A stretch of DNA of 24,000 nucleotides from Sulfuriferula sp. GTDB lineage: Bacteria; Pseudomonadota; Gammaproteobacteria; Burkholderiales; Sulfuriferulaceae. Below, piece after piece: positions 1-8,284 of the stretch. The notes below the pieces were generated by a model that made no database searches, had not been told where the DNA came from, and was given only the letters and a program-made list of their open reading frames with translations. The DNA is taken from the NCBI GenBank assembly GCA_031291235.1, contig JARLJL010000022.1:458355-482354 (forward strand). Direction: 5' to 3'. Numbering within the stretch: the stretch's first letter is position 1; each line of letters opens with the position of its first letter. The position numbers and the translations under genes are program-made.

Positions 1-138
1 TTCAAACGCTTGTACAGCATTTCAAACCCCGTTTGCCTATCCCTCATTATTCGTTTCCTGCTGCCCGAATAAAATCAGGCAAGGCCTGCGCGCCCGGCCC
101 CATTCCGCGTTAAGCCCGCATCACGCAATCAATGGCAT

Positions 139-165
139 TGCACAAAATTAGCGCACGAACTGCGC
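139..165 (+). promoter_or_regulatory. Putative NtrC-type enhancer (UAS) upstream of glnK
   Basis: TGCAC-N7-GCGCA (139-155) resembles the NtrC dyad TGCACC-N5-GGTGCA. An overlapping dyad GCGCA-N5-TGCGC lies at 151-165. Both sit about 85-100 bp upstream of a -24/-12 element. Confidence 0.4.
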
Positions 166-237
166 CAAAATAGCGTTATTCGGTACGCTGCCACTGCGCC
201 AGCCCTGTTTCCTCAGGCATTCCGCCGATTATCGCCA

Positions 238-253
238 TGGAATGGGTCTTGCT
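238..253 (+). promoter_or_regulatory. sigma54 (RpoN) -24/-12 promoter for glnK-amtB
   Basis: TGGaatgggtcTTGCT has GG (239-240) and GC (251-252) separated by 10 nt, as in the consensus TGGCAC-N5-TTGCW. It lies about 100 bp upstream of the glnK ATG. Confidence 0.55.
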
Positions 254-256
254 TAG

Positions 257-694
<438 letters not shown>

Positions 695-706
695 AGGAAT
701 TTCGAT

Positions 707-2128
707 ATGAAAAAATGGCTCATTGCGCTAAGTATATTATGCATCACCGGTATCTCCGGCGCGAGTATCGCCGACGATACCGCCCCAGCGCCCACACCTG
801 TGGATGCAACCGCCCCGGCACCCGAAGCAGCACCGCCAGCTCCGGCCCCAACAGCAACGCCACCGGTAACGCCGGTCGCTGCTGCGCCAGCTGCGGCACC
901 CGCCCCATCGGCATTCATCAATTCCGGCGACAATGCCTGGATGCTAACATCGACCGCGCTGGTATTGATGATGACCATCCCCGGCCTGGGGCTATTTTAC
1001 GGCGGTATGGTACGCAAGAAAAATGTGCTGGCTACGCTGATGCAGGTATTTGCCATCACCTGTCTGGTGACCGTACTGTGGATGATAGTCGGCTACAGTC
1101 TGGCATTTACGCCAGGCAATAGCTTCATCGGCGGTTTTAGCAGAGTCCTGCTGGCAGACATGGGGCTGGACAGCGCGAACCCGCTGGCACCGACCATACC
1201 GGAAAGCACTTACATGACATTCCAGATGACATTCGCCATCATCACGCCTGCCCTGATCGTCGGTGCATTCGCCGACCGGATGAAATTTTCCGCGCTTATC
1301 GTGTTTATGGCTGCCTGGTTGCTTGCCGTCTATGCACCGATTGCGCACATGGTCTGGGGACCCGGCGGCTGGCTAGGCGCTGACGGCGTACTCGATTACG
1401 CCGGCGGCACAGTGGTGCACACCAATGCCGGGATAGCCGGTTTGGTAGCTGCGCTGGTCATCGGTAAACGCATCGGTTACGGCACGGAGCCGATGCCGCC
1501 GCACAATCTGGTGCTGGCCATGATCGGCGCCTCGCTATTGTGGGTAGGCTGGTTCGGTTTCAACGCCGGATCGGCAGGTGCTGCCAGCGATCGCGCTGGC
1601 ATGGCCATGGCTGTCACCCAGATCGCGACTGCCACAGCCGCGCTCAGCTGGATGTTTGTCGAGTGGATGGGGCGAGGCAAGCCTAGCCTGCTGGGCATCT
1701 GTTCGGGCGCAGTGGCCGGGCTGGTTGCCATTACCCCGGCATCGGGTTTCGTCGCGCCTACCGGCGCACTGATTATCGGCCTGGCTGCAGGCAGCGCATG
1801 CTACTGGGGAGCCGTCTATCTGAAACGCATCATCGGCTACGACGATTCGCTGGATGCATTCGGCGTGCATGCCATCGGCGGTATCGTGGGGGCGTTACTG
1901 ACTGGGGTATTCGCGGTCAAGGCCATAGGCGGCACCGCCGGCGTACTCGAAGGCAACACCGACCAGTTATTGATTCAGGCAACCGGCGTCGGCGTTACCA
2001 TCGTCTACGATGCGGTAGTAACTTATATCATCCTCAAGCTGGTTGATGCATTTATAGGCCTGCGGGTAAGCGAGAGTCAGGAAGCGGAAGGGCTGGATAT
2101 CAGCCTGCACGGCGAACGGCTCGAATAA
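707..2128 (+). CDS. amtB: Ammonium transporter AmtB
   Basis: 473-aa polytopic membrane protein with Amt family motifs (AFADRMKF, VVHTNAGIAGLV, GWFGFNAGS, LDAFGVHAIGGIVG). It starts 12 nt after the glnK stop. It has a signal peptide followed by a Pro/Ala-rich stretch. Confidence 0.95.
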   Translation: MKKWLIALSILCITGISGASIADDTAPAPTPVDATAPAPEAAPPAPAPTATPPVTPVAAAPAAAPAPSAFINSGDNAWMLTSTALVLMMTIPGLGLFYGGMVRKKNVLATLMQVFAITCLVTVLWMIVGYSLAFTPGNSFIGGFSRVLLADMGLDSANPLAPTIPESTYMTFQMTFAIITPALIVGAFADRMKFSALIVFMAAWLLAVYAPIAHMVWGPGGWLGADGVLDYAGGTVVHTNAGIAGLVAALVIGKRIGYGTEPMPPHNLVLAMIGASLLWVGWFGFNAGSAGAASDRAGMAMAVTQIATATAALSWMFVEWMGRGKPSLLGICSGAVAGLVAITPASGFVAPTGALIIGLAAGSACYWGAVYLKRIIGYDDSLDAFGVHAIGGIVGALLTGVFAVKAIGGTAGVLEGNTDQLLIQATGVGVTIVYDAVVTYIILKLVDAFIGLRVSESQEAEGLDISLHGERLE

Positions 2129-2144
2129 CCGAACAGCCCGGCAA

Positions 2145-2183
2145 GCCGCTTATAACGCACCGACACATGGCGTTATAAGCGGC
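2145..2183 (+). terminator. Hairpin terminator after amtB
   Basis: Perfect 14-bp stem GCCGCTTATAACGC (2145-2158) pairs with GCGTTATAAGCGGC (2170-2183) around an 11-nt loop, 17 nt after the amtB stop. The T-tract is weak (ttaaagctt). Confidence 0.6.
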
Positions 2184-2305
2184 TTAAAGCTTGAGGCCGC
2201 ACAAAATTGGGCTTGCGCTTCATGATTTCGCCCCGTTTTATGTCATCGCCCAGAATCCGGCAACGCCAAACCAAATTCAAAATATCATACAAACCATTGA
2301 TTAGT

Positions 2306-2334
2306 TTGGCAAAACATTAGCAGTCTGCTATATA
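2306..2334 (+). promoter_or_regulatory. sigma70-like promoter (TTGGCA-N17-TATATA)
   Basis: -35 TTGGCA (2306-2311), a 17-nt spacer, and -10 TATATA (2329-2334) in an AT-rich intergenic region. It lies about 75 nt upstream of the GTG at 2410. Confidence 0.4.
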
Positions 2335-2409
2335 ACGAAATAATAATATATATGGTATGGTTTTTGCTGAATTAGTACTGTGACCAATAGAACCTAGTGA
2401 GGTGCTCAA

Positions 2410-2730
2410 GTGGATACGGACTTTGTACAATTACAATTAATGACCCGTCTCAAGCTGCAGTTAAAGCGGCGTCTCGATATCAAAATGGATATCCATCAAT
2501 TCCTTGCCGACCGCAGCTATGCAAAAGAGATGCTGCAGATTGCAGATCAATCCGAGGATGAGGACCTGATTATGTACTCGCTGCAGCTCTCAGGTCACTT
2601 AGGCTGGCTGGGTGCCAAATCCCTTGCAGCCAAAAAAGCGGCCTACGAACCACAAAGACTTGCTGCGGAACCCAAACCCCTGCATGCCGACGAAGCAACG
2701 AGCAGTTATATTTACGGTACTCGCGGTTAG
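2410..2730 (+). CDS. Hypothetical small protein (106 aa, GTG start)
   Basis: ORF with GAGGTG 7 nt upstream of GTG 2410, a promoter-like element upstream and a hairpin downstream. I recognise no family. Confidence 0.4.
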   Translation: MDTDFVQLQLMTRLKLQLKRRLDIKMDIHQFLADRSYAKEMLQIADQSEDEDLIMYSLQLSGHLGWLGAKSLAAKKAAYEPQRLAAEPKPLHADEATSSYIYGTRG

Positions 2731-2749
2731 CAAACATATCCGGCCCTGA

Positions 2750-2768
2750 CAGGGAGCAACGCTCCCTG
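2750..2768. terminator. Possible bidirectional hairpin between convergent genes
   Basis: CAGGGAGC-aac-GCTCCCTG forms an 8-bp stem with a 3-nt loop. It sits between the + ORF ending at 2730 and the - ORF ending at 2830. Confidence 0.45.
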
Positions 2769-2829
2769 CATTGCGGGTTACTGCAGTACGCTTCGCCTAT
2801 TTTCGTTGCCAACGGTTCCTGCTACTCCC

Positions 2830-3366
2830 TTATTTCATCTTCGAATCCAGTTTGATCCTCTCCCCGGCAACCATGAAATTACCGTAACCGAGATGATGAA
2901 TAGTGCGGGGATTTTCGACTGCGGGATCTATCCATGCCTGCACTACCCTGACGACAAACAGACCGTATTTGTTCACCATATCCGTATCGTGAATTCTGCA
3001 TTCCAGATTGGCATAACACTCCCCGATCAACGGCGCCGCAACCTGCGCGGCGAGCTCGGGCGTCAGGCCGAACATCGCAAACTTGTCCGTATCCGCACCG
3101 CTGGTATTGCCGCATCCCGCTACCTTGTCGGCAATCTCCACTGTGGGAATATTAATGACGCATTCGCCCGATGCCTGCAACATCCCGAAGGAATGATCGC
3201 GATTACTGAGCACGAGCCCCACCAGTGGCGGCTCAAATTCGATCATGGTATGCCACGACAGAGTCATGACATTGCGCTGCCCGCTATGCGCCGTCGTGAG
3301 CAGCACGACAGGCCCCGGCTCAAGCAAGCCGTAAACCCGTGACAAAGGAAAGGATTGCCGAGACAT
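2830..3366 (-). CDS. Flavin reductase family protein (FMN-binding split barrel)
   Basis: 178 aa with the flavin reductase-like pattern (GPVVLLTT..NVMTLSWHT..PPLVGLVL..SGECVINIP). AGGAGG lies upstream. It starts 11 nt after the stop of the upstream gene, so it is operonic. Confidence 0.85.
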   Translation of the reverse strand: MSRQSFPLSRVYGLLEPGPVVLLTTAHSGQRNVMTLSWHTMIEFEPPLVGLVLSNRDHSFGMLQASGECVINIPTVEIADKVAGCGNTSGADTDKFAMFGLTPELAAQVAAPLIGECYANLECRIHDTDMVNKYGLFVVRVVQAWIDPAVENPRTIHHLGYGNFMVAGERIKLDSKMK

Positions 3367-3377
3367 ATAAACGCCTC

Positions 3378-4127
3378 CTATTTCGCAGCTTTCCGCAAAA
3401 AAATGTAAATACCCGATACGATCAGTAACAGCAGCGTCGCCGATGCCGAAAAGCGGCTTAACTCCAGCCCGCCCTGACTGACCGGCTTATCCAGAAAATC
3501 GCCGACCACCGCCCCGAGCGGCCGCGTCAGGATGAATGCAGCCCAGAAAAGCACCGTATGCGAAATTCTGGTTCGATAGTACATCAATGCAATCACCGCC
3601 AGCATGGCGCCGAACAATATCGCCCCGCCCTCATATCCGAGCCCTGCCGTATCGGCAGTCCAATCGCCCAGTGCAGTACCGAGCGTCTGGGAAAACATGA
3701 TGGTAACCCAGTAAAACATCTCGGATTTCGGCGAGCTTACCGTATCCACCGCTACCGAACCCAGCGCGTAATACCAGACCAGCAGCGATGCCATAAGCAA
3801 AGTAAACAGGATGTCCGTGCCGCCAGCATAGCCGATACCCAGCGAACGATCGGCGAAATCCGCCATGGTAGTGCCGACTGTGGTGGTCGCAATGATTGTC
3901 GTCCAGTAAATGACCGGATGAAATTTCTTTGCAGAAATTTGCGCAATCACCGCGGCAATAAATATGGCCGCAAATATCCCTGTACTGACGAGATAGCCGA
4001 GCTGCATCGACATGGATACGGCATCGCCGCCGGTCTCGCCCAGCGTGGTGGCAAAAATCTTGATAACCCAGAAAGCAAGCGTTACCTCGGGGACCTTGCT
4101 TAGCGCTTGTTGCTGCATTGCGTTCAT
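3378..4127 (-). CDS. COG4705-like membrane-anchored protein
   Basis: The start is taken at MNAMQQQ (GAGGAA SD); the track ORF extends to 4178 and overlaps the upstream gene. It is polytopic, with four repeats of a TM segment followed by an xLGxxxGD motif (TTLGETGGD, GTTMADFAD, QTLGTALGD, RPLGAVVGD). Confidence 0.75.
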   Translation of the reverse strand: MNAMQQQALSKVPEVTLAFWVIKIFATTLGETGGDAVSMSMQLGYLVSTGIFAAIFIAAVIAQISAKKFHPVIYWTTIIATTTVGTTMADFADRSLGIGYAGGTDILFTLLMASLLVWYYALGSVAVDTVSSPKSEMFYWVTIMFSQTLGTALGDWTADTAGLGYEGGAILFGAMLAVIALMYYRTRISHTVLFWAAFILTRPLGAVVGDFLDKPVSQGGLELSRFSASATLLLLIVSGIYIFLRKAAK

Positions 4128-4146
4128 CTTTTCCGTTCCTCGATTA

Positions 4147-4488
4147 TTAGTTACCGCCGGCGTCCGGCTCCACCACAACCGCCGTGCCGTAGCACAGCAC
4201 CTCGGTAAGCCCCGCCATCAGCTCCGTGGCATCATAACGCATGGATATGACCGCATTTGCGCCCAACTGTTCAGCATGACGGCACATCAGCAAATAAGTC
4301 TCCAGACGCGCCTGCTCGCAAAGATTGGTATAGATGGTGATATTGCCGCCGAAGATCGTCTGCAGCCCGCCAAAAATATTTCCTACAATGGAGCGCGAAC
4401 GGACGGTAATGCCGCGAACGACGCCGAGACTACGTACCACCTTGTAACCCGGTAACGTGAGCGCTGTTGTGACCATAGCGTTTTGCAT
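4147..4488 (-). CDS. YbjQ/UPF0145 family protein
   Basis: 113 aa. The pattern TT..LPGY.V....G.V.G..VRSR....NI.GGLQ..FGG.I..Y..LCE.AR......M...A...GANAV...RYD is typical of the YbjQ family. Confidence 0.85.
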   Translation of the reverse strand: MQNAMVTTALTLPGYKVVRSLGVVRGITVRSRSIVGNIFGGLQTIFGGNITIYTNLCEQARLETYLLMCRHAEQLGANAVISMRYDATELMAGLTEVLCYGTAVVVEPDAGGN

Positions 4489-4596
4489 GCTATCTCCCGA
4501 TTGATGACAGAGTTAAAATTAAAATAAGTATATTTTAGAGATACATCGCATCTGGCACCCTGTCCTACTATAGAAAACCAGCGCCACATCATGCTA

Positions 4597-5184
4597 TTAA
4601 CACAAAGTTAATCCCACGTTCCGCAAATACTGAATAGCAATATTCAAGGTAATATCGTACTGATTTAGCTCGCAAACGAGGCTTAACTCGGAAGACGCGC
4701 CCATGCGCGTGTTCACAAGAGGAAAACCAATGTTATGAAACATCTTGTTAGGCAAGAGATTGGATGCCTTTGGTTCACACTTGATAGTTTTGAGTTTAAA
4801 TTCGTTATAAAAATTCAGCGTGGATAAGCAAAAGAGAATCGCACCATATCCCTTCCTCCTAAAGGAAGAGTCCCACATATGAAGGTGAATTTCGCCACAC
4901 TCCCCGAACCGAATGTTTTTCAAACTGGAAAAACCGATAGGCATGTCATTAACCAACCAGATTAAATAGGCAACTTCGGCATCTTGTTGCGTTTGTGCAA
5001 GCATACTTTTAAGGCTCATCTCGAATTGCTCCGCAGTCGGCATTTTCGACGCATCCGCCCCCATACGAAGCAAATCTTCAGGCGAAGATTTCAACCAATA
5101 ATCTACGATATGCGGAATATCACTCAAATCCAACCCCCGCACTGCGAAATTAACATCGGATGCCAACAGTTTTCCCTCTATCAT
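4597..5184 (-). CDS. GNAT family N-acetyltransferase
   Basis: 195 aa with an acetyl-CoA binding motif A-like FRRKGYGAILF and overall GNAT layout. Its composition is AT-richer than the flanks. Confidence 0.75.
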   Translation of the reverse strand: MIEGKLLASDVNFAVRGLDLSDIPHIVDYWLKSSPEDLLRMGADASKMPTAEQFEMSLKSMLAQTQQDAEVAYLIWLVNDMPIGFSSLKNIRFGECGEIHLHMWDSSFRRKGYGAILFCLSTLNFYNEFKLKTIKCEPKASNLLPNKMFHNIGFPLVNTRMGASSELSLVCELNQYDITLNIAIQYLRNVGLTLC

Positions 5185-5207
5185 GCAAGATTCGCTGAAA
5201 TAACTTG

Positions 5208-5546
5208 TTAAGCAGATATTTTGCCATAGGCGCGTTCAACTTTCGCCACGCGAACCTCGTAGTGTTGGTACCATGCCGTTTTTCCCGATTGCTGGGCGGC
5301 GAGATGTTCCAGATTGGCTTTCCAGTCGGCAACAGCTTCCGCAGATGCCCAATATGAGACCGTAATACCAAAGCCATCTTCACCGCGAGCACTCTCAACG
5401 CCGAGGAAACCGGGTTGCCGGGATGCAAGCTCGACCATGCGCTCGGCTATTTGAGCGTAACCGTTATCCCCGGGAGTTCTAAGAGAGGAAAAAATCACTG
5501 CGTAGTACGGTGGCTGTGGCGTTATCGGGAATGCAGAGATACTCAT
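5208..5546 (-). CDS. Antibiotic biosynthesis monooxygenase (ABM) domain protein
   Basis: The start is taken at MSISAF; the track ORF extends to 5612. The pattern YYAVIFSS.R...D.GY..IAERM.ELA..QPGFLGVESAR...G.GITVSYW.S.EA...WK is typical of the ABM/Dabb fold family. Confidence 0.7.
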   Translation of the reverse strand: MSISAFPITPQPPYYAVIFSSLRTPGDNGYAQIAERMVELASRQPGFLGVESARGEDGFGITVSYWASAEAVADWKANLEHLAAQQSGKTAWYQHYEVRVAKVERAYGKISA

Positions 5547-5590
5547 TGGGATACCTATCCAGGGCGATAAAAAATGAACTCGCAAGTCAT

Positions 5591-5620
5591 ATCGTGCCGT
5601 GCTGCCGATCAAATATCAAG
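5591..5620 (-). promoter_or_regulatory. Conserved 30-nt upstream motif, copy 1 (ATCGTGCCGTG-N9-AAATATCAAG)
   Basis: 25/30 identical to 8759-8788, with both flanking blocks identical (11/11 and 10/10). It lies 45-75 nt upstream of the ABM gene start. The minus strand reads TTGATA-N17-CACGAT. Confidence 0.45.
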
Positions 5621-5684
5621 CTTGCCATATAGACCAATTACTTAAGTTATATCTCATGAAAGCCCGTTCATTCTGATGGGCGAG

Positions 5685-5927
5685 CTAAACCACTGAAATG
5701 ACAATACGCGCATCGTCTTTGTGATCCGTAATATCAAGAATATTGCCGGACACCTCGCCTGATTTGGCGGCATTGATTATTTCCTGAACGTTTAATCCTT
5801 TGGCTTCAATGGCGGCGATTGCCTGACGGGGCATTAACTTTGAGGCAATTTGCAGAACAAGCAGAGGAATTTTTACAGTAGTTTCGTGCACGCTATTTGC
5901 GAAAACCTCGATAACCAGATTTGACAT
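5685..5927 (-). CDS. Hypothetical protein (80 aa)
   Basis: Clean ORF with AAGGAG 6 nt upstream of the ATG. I recognise no family. Confidence 0.55.
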   Translation of the reverse strand: MSNLVIEVFANSVHETTVKIPLLVLQIASKLMPRQAIAAIEAKGLNVQEIINAAKSGEVSGNILDITDHKDDARIVISVV

Positions 5928-6175
5928 GTAAGCTCCTTTAGGACAATAAGTGGCGCTCTATACGTATGAAAAAGACGCGCCTCACGTAAAAGTGAATGAC
6001 TCGCCGAACACGAAAAGTGATCGCAGTTCAGGCCATGTAACCTATCACAAGCCATGAAACAAGCGCCACCTTTTGACCAGCCCACTCAACTGACAGATTT
6101 GACATTGTTAAAACACCAGTGCGATGGTTCATATTGATGCCCCCCAAGGATTGCCGCTGGGAGAAGAAAGATAGT

Positions 6176-6189
6176 AGCCGAATTCGGCT
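6176..6189 (-). terminator. Hairpin terminator after the glycosylase gene
   Basis: Perfect palindrome AGCCGAATTCGGCT lies 7 nt after the stop. On the minus strand it is followed by actatctttcttctc, which is T-rich. Confidence 0.5.
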
Positions 6190-6195
6190 GCGTGC

Positions 6196-6624
6196 TCATA
6201 GACGCTCCCATGATTCAACCTCACCTGGATATACATTAAACACCGGATGAGGTTCTGGCCCTGCTATATTTCGCCAGGTCTCATGCAGCGCAGGGCTGCG
6301 CGCCTGCAATTTCGTTAGAAGGTGCTGCCACTCGTACGCCATCTGGCCGGAAGTAACGGTAAGCGACACTACCTGTCCGGCCGGCTTGATTTTGCTTTTA
6401 TCAAAGGCATACCCCCGCACCTGTGCCTCCGCATGAATGCCATTCAAATACAGCGAAATCGCTGTCAGTGGCGCAGAATGATTTTTGAAACGATCCAACT
6501 GCGGATGGTTACGATAGCCACGCGTTTCCCCATGCAGAACAGCCTGCGCCAGAAGTGATTCCCGCCACAGCGCGGTCAACCCTTGGGAATCAAGATACTT
6601 GGGATGTATCGACCAGAGACGCAT
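6196..6624 (-). CDS. Pyrimidine dimer DNA glycosylase / endonuclease V (DenV-like)
   Basis: 142 aa. The N-terminus MRLWSIHPKYLDSQGLTALWRESLLAQAVL..GYRNHPQL.RF is the signature of the Pyr_excise (T4 endo V-like) family. Confidence 0.85.
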   Translation of the reverse strand: MRLWSIHPKYLDSQGLTALWRESLLAQAVLHGETRGYRNHPQLDRFKNHSAPLTAISLYLNGIHAEAQVRGYAFDKSKIKPAGQVVSLTVTSGQMAYEWQHLLTKLQARSPALHETWRNIAGPEPHPVFNVYPGEVESWERL

Positions 6625-6721
6625 GATTTATCACCTTCAATACCTGAGCTAATACGCCCCGCTGCAGGGTCGACTTACACGAATTGTCAGGCCTATGACT
6701 GACCGGCCAAGCTATTGCGGA

Positions 6722-7039
6722 TTAGTGATTGTCGAGCTTGCCTAATTCACTTTCCAGCAGGCTCACCATCTTGTGGGCAGCGCGTGTACCGCTTGCTCAA
6801 TTGTGAGCGCCTCATCGCTTACCGATGTCGGCTCACGCCCCGCGAGCCGCGCCTCAAGCAAGCATCGCTTGTCAATGACACCGGGCTTCGAAGCGCTGTT
6901 CTCGTCACTCAGATGCACTTCCAGTCTGGTAATTATGACCAGCGAAGCGCGCTAGAACGTGATTAAGAGTTGCCTCGATACTATGAACCAGTGCCTCGCG
7001 CCCAGAGATATTCTTGTCTGAATTTACTTGGATATACAT
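6722..7039 (-). pseudogene. HPF/RaiA-family (S30AE-like) ribosome-associated protein, disrupted by two frameshifts
   Basis: Three family-like segments sit in two frames. MYIQVNSDKNISGREALVHSIEATLNHVLARFAGH is in frame 0. ITRLEVHLSDENSASKPGVIDKRCLLEARLAGREPTSVSDEALTIEQAVHA is in frame +1. AAHKMVSLLESELGKLDNH* is back in frame 0. The shifts fall near 6933 (an extra A) and near 6782 (a missing nt). Confidence 0.6.
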
Positions 7040-7072
7040 GTCGGTTGTCTCCAGTGAGAATGGGGGTTGTAG

Positions 7073-7135
7073 GCCTAACGTGAAATCAAGATGCGCCGCG
7101 CGTTTCGGCGTCCTTTTTGAATACCAAGGTAGGGC
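7073..7135 (-). repeat. attC-like site (relic or solitary)
   Basis: GCCTAAC (7073-7079) is followed by gtgaa-ATCAAG, a GC hairpin (gcgccg/cggcgt), TTGAAT, ccaag and GTAGGGC (7129-7135). This is the same R/spacer/L architecture and orientation as the confirmed attC sites at 12.8-16 kb. The stop codon of the upstream ORF abuts the right core. Confidence 0.45.
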
Positions 7136-7464
7136 TACGTATTTGGTAAAAACCGCGATACTTTGGATTTCAATAACCGTACAAGAACGGGATCCATAAA
7201 CTCATAGTCATCTGGAATATCAAGGCAAACCACCCGCTTATTCAACATACTCGACTTGAATTTTGATGATAACTTATTACGATGAACCTTTTCCATTACA
7301 AATATAACATCGGCCCATTCAACTAGCTCAGCCGTTATAGGGTTTTCAGCATCATGATTCAAACCAGCAGATGAGCACTCAATGCCGGGGTAAGTTGAGA
7401 AGATTTGCTCAGCAGTCGGACTTCTGAGGCGATTTTGACTGCAAATAAACAATACTCGTTTCAT
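7135..7464 (-). CDS. Low-molecular-weight phosphotyrosine phosphatase-like protein
   Basis: 109 aa. The N-terminal MKRVLFICSQNRLRSPTAE contains the CX5R(S/T) P-loop of LMW-PTP/ArsC-like enzymes. Confidence 0.8.
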   Translation of the reverse strand: MKRVLFICSQNRLRSPTAEQIFSTYPGIECSSAGLNHDAENPITAELVEWADVIFVMEKVHRNKLSSKFKSSMLNKRVVCLDIPDDYEFMDPVLVRLLKSKVSRFLPNT

Positions 7465-7494
7465 AGTGAAAGACCTGACAGTGATTAGGCCGCA

Positions 7495-7752
7495 TTATGT
7501 CGGGTCCAAGTCGTGAGGGAACTGACTTGCGGTAACCCACTCGGGTTCAGAAATATCCTCAGCCTTGTCCCTGCGATGCCAGGCACGATTTAGATGAGCG
7601 TAAACATGGCCAGGATCTATACGGAAATTAGCCTCTTCATATTCTGTGTCATGCTGAATTTCCGAAATAAGCTGACTCAAATGCTCCCTTGCATCTTCAA
7701 GCTCGGACACCAACATTGCCCAGCCAACGGGGTTTTGATCTTTGTTTATCAT
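7495..7752 (-). CDS. Hypothetical protein (85 aa)
   Basis: ORF from ATG 7752 (the GTG at 7755 is also possible). It is acidic and helical-looking. It starts 30 nt upstream of the LMW-PTP-like gene. I recognise no family. Confidence 0.5.
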   Translation of the reverse strand: MINKDQNPVGWAMLVSELEDAREHLSQLISEIQHDTEYEEANFRIDPGHVYAHLNRAWHRRDKAEDISEPEWVTASQFPHDLDPT

Positions 7753-7796
7753 CACCGAAATTGTATTAAGCCTAGCGTAAAGGTAAAGCGCGCAAA

Positions 7797-8192
7797 CTAC
7801 ACCTCAACCTTGAAACCCAGTTCAACATCACACCCTGCTTGCCCCCCACGAATACCCCAATTTTCTTTCGCAATTTCTCTGAGGAGAATTTTCACGTGGT
7901 CTTTGGGTATGCCGAAGGGTTCCAGGTTGTTCACGATGGCCCTATACAAATTTCGCTTCGCATCAAGTGAGCGACCAGCAAATGCATCAATACTGATGTG
8001 CGTATAAAAATCCGGTTTCTCACGAGCAGGCGGGTATGCGAAGCGGTGCGGCTCGTGCACGATGAGACGAACATTTTTATCACCAGGGACGATTTTGAAT
8101 GCTTCGCGCAAAGCCATGTGAACAGCCTCCATGAGCGCGATTTCTTGCTCTTGCGTGTATTGCCGCCGCACTTCGATTAAGACACTTGGCAT
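7797..8192 (-). CDS. Tautomerase family protein (4-OT superfamily, long form)
   Basis: The start is taken at MPSVLIEV, giving Pro1 after Met removal, with AAAGGAG upstream; the track ORF extends to 8240. The pattern P.V.IE........E....L.EAVH.AL.EAFK.P..D...R is typical of the tautomerase family. Confidence 0.8.
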   Translation of the reverse strand: MPSVLIEVRRQYTQEQEIALMEAVHMALREAFKIVPGDKNVRLIVHEPHRFAYPPAREKPDFYTHISIDAFAGRSLDAKRNLYRAIVNNLEPFGIPKDHVKILLREIAKENWGIRGGQAGCDVELGFKVEV

Positions 8193-8284
8193 TCCTGCTC
8201 CTTTGATGATTTGCGCGGGCTGACTGCACCCTACACACAACGAAACTCAGAAAACAAAACAATACCACAAGCCCAATCGAAGCA

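Noticed and set aside
3558-4455. + strand ORFs of 181 aa and 147 aa.
   Set aside because: They are antisense to the COG4705-like membrane protein and the YbjQ-family gene. No family features.
5198-5213. aaataac-tt-gttaagc, which looks like fused attC core and inverse-core sequences between the GNAT and ABM genes.
   Set aside because: It is only 16 nt, has no room for L boxes or a hairpin, and overlaps the ABM stop codon. It could easily be chance.
6715-6966. + strand ORFs of 83 aa and 60 aa.
   Set aside because: They are antisense to the HPF/RaiA-like pseudogene, whose three segments carry the family motifs on the minus strand.
7594-8007. 137-aa + strand ORF.
   Set aside because: It spans the intergenic gap between two minus-strand genes and is antisense to both. 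No start signals.
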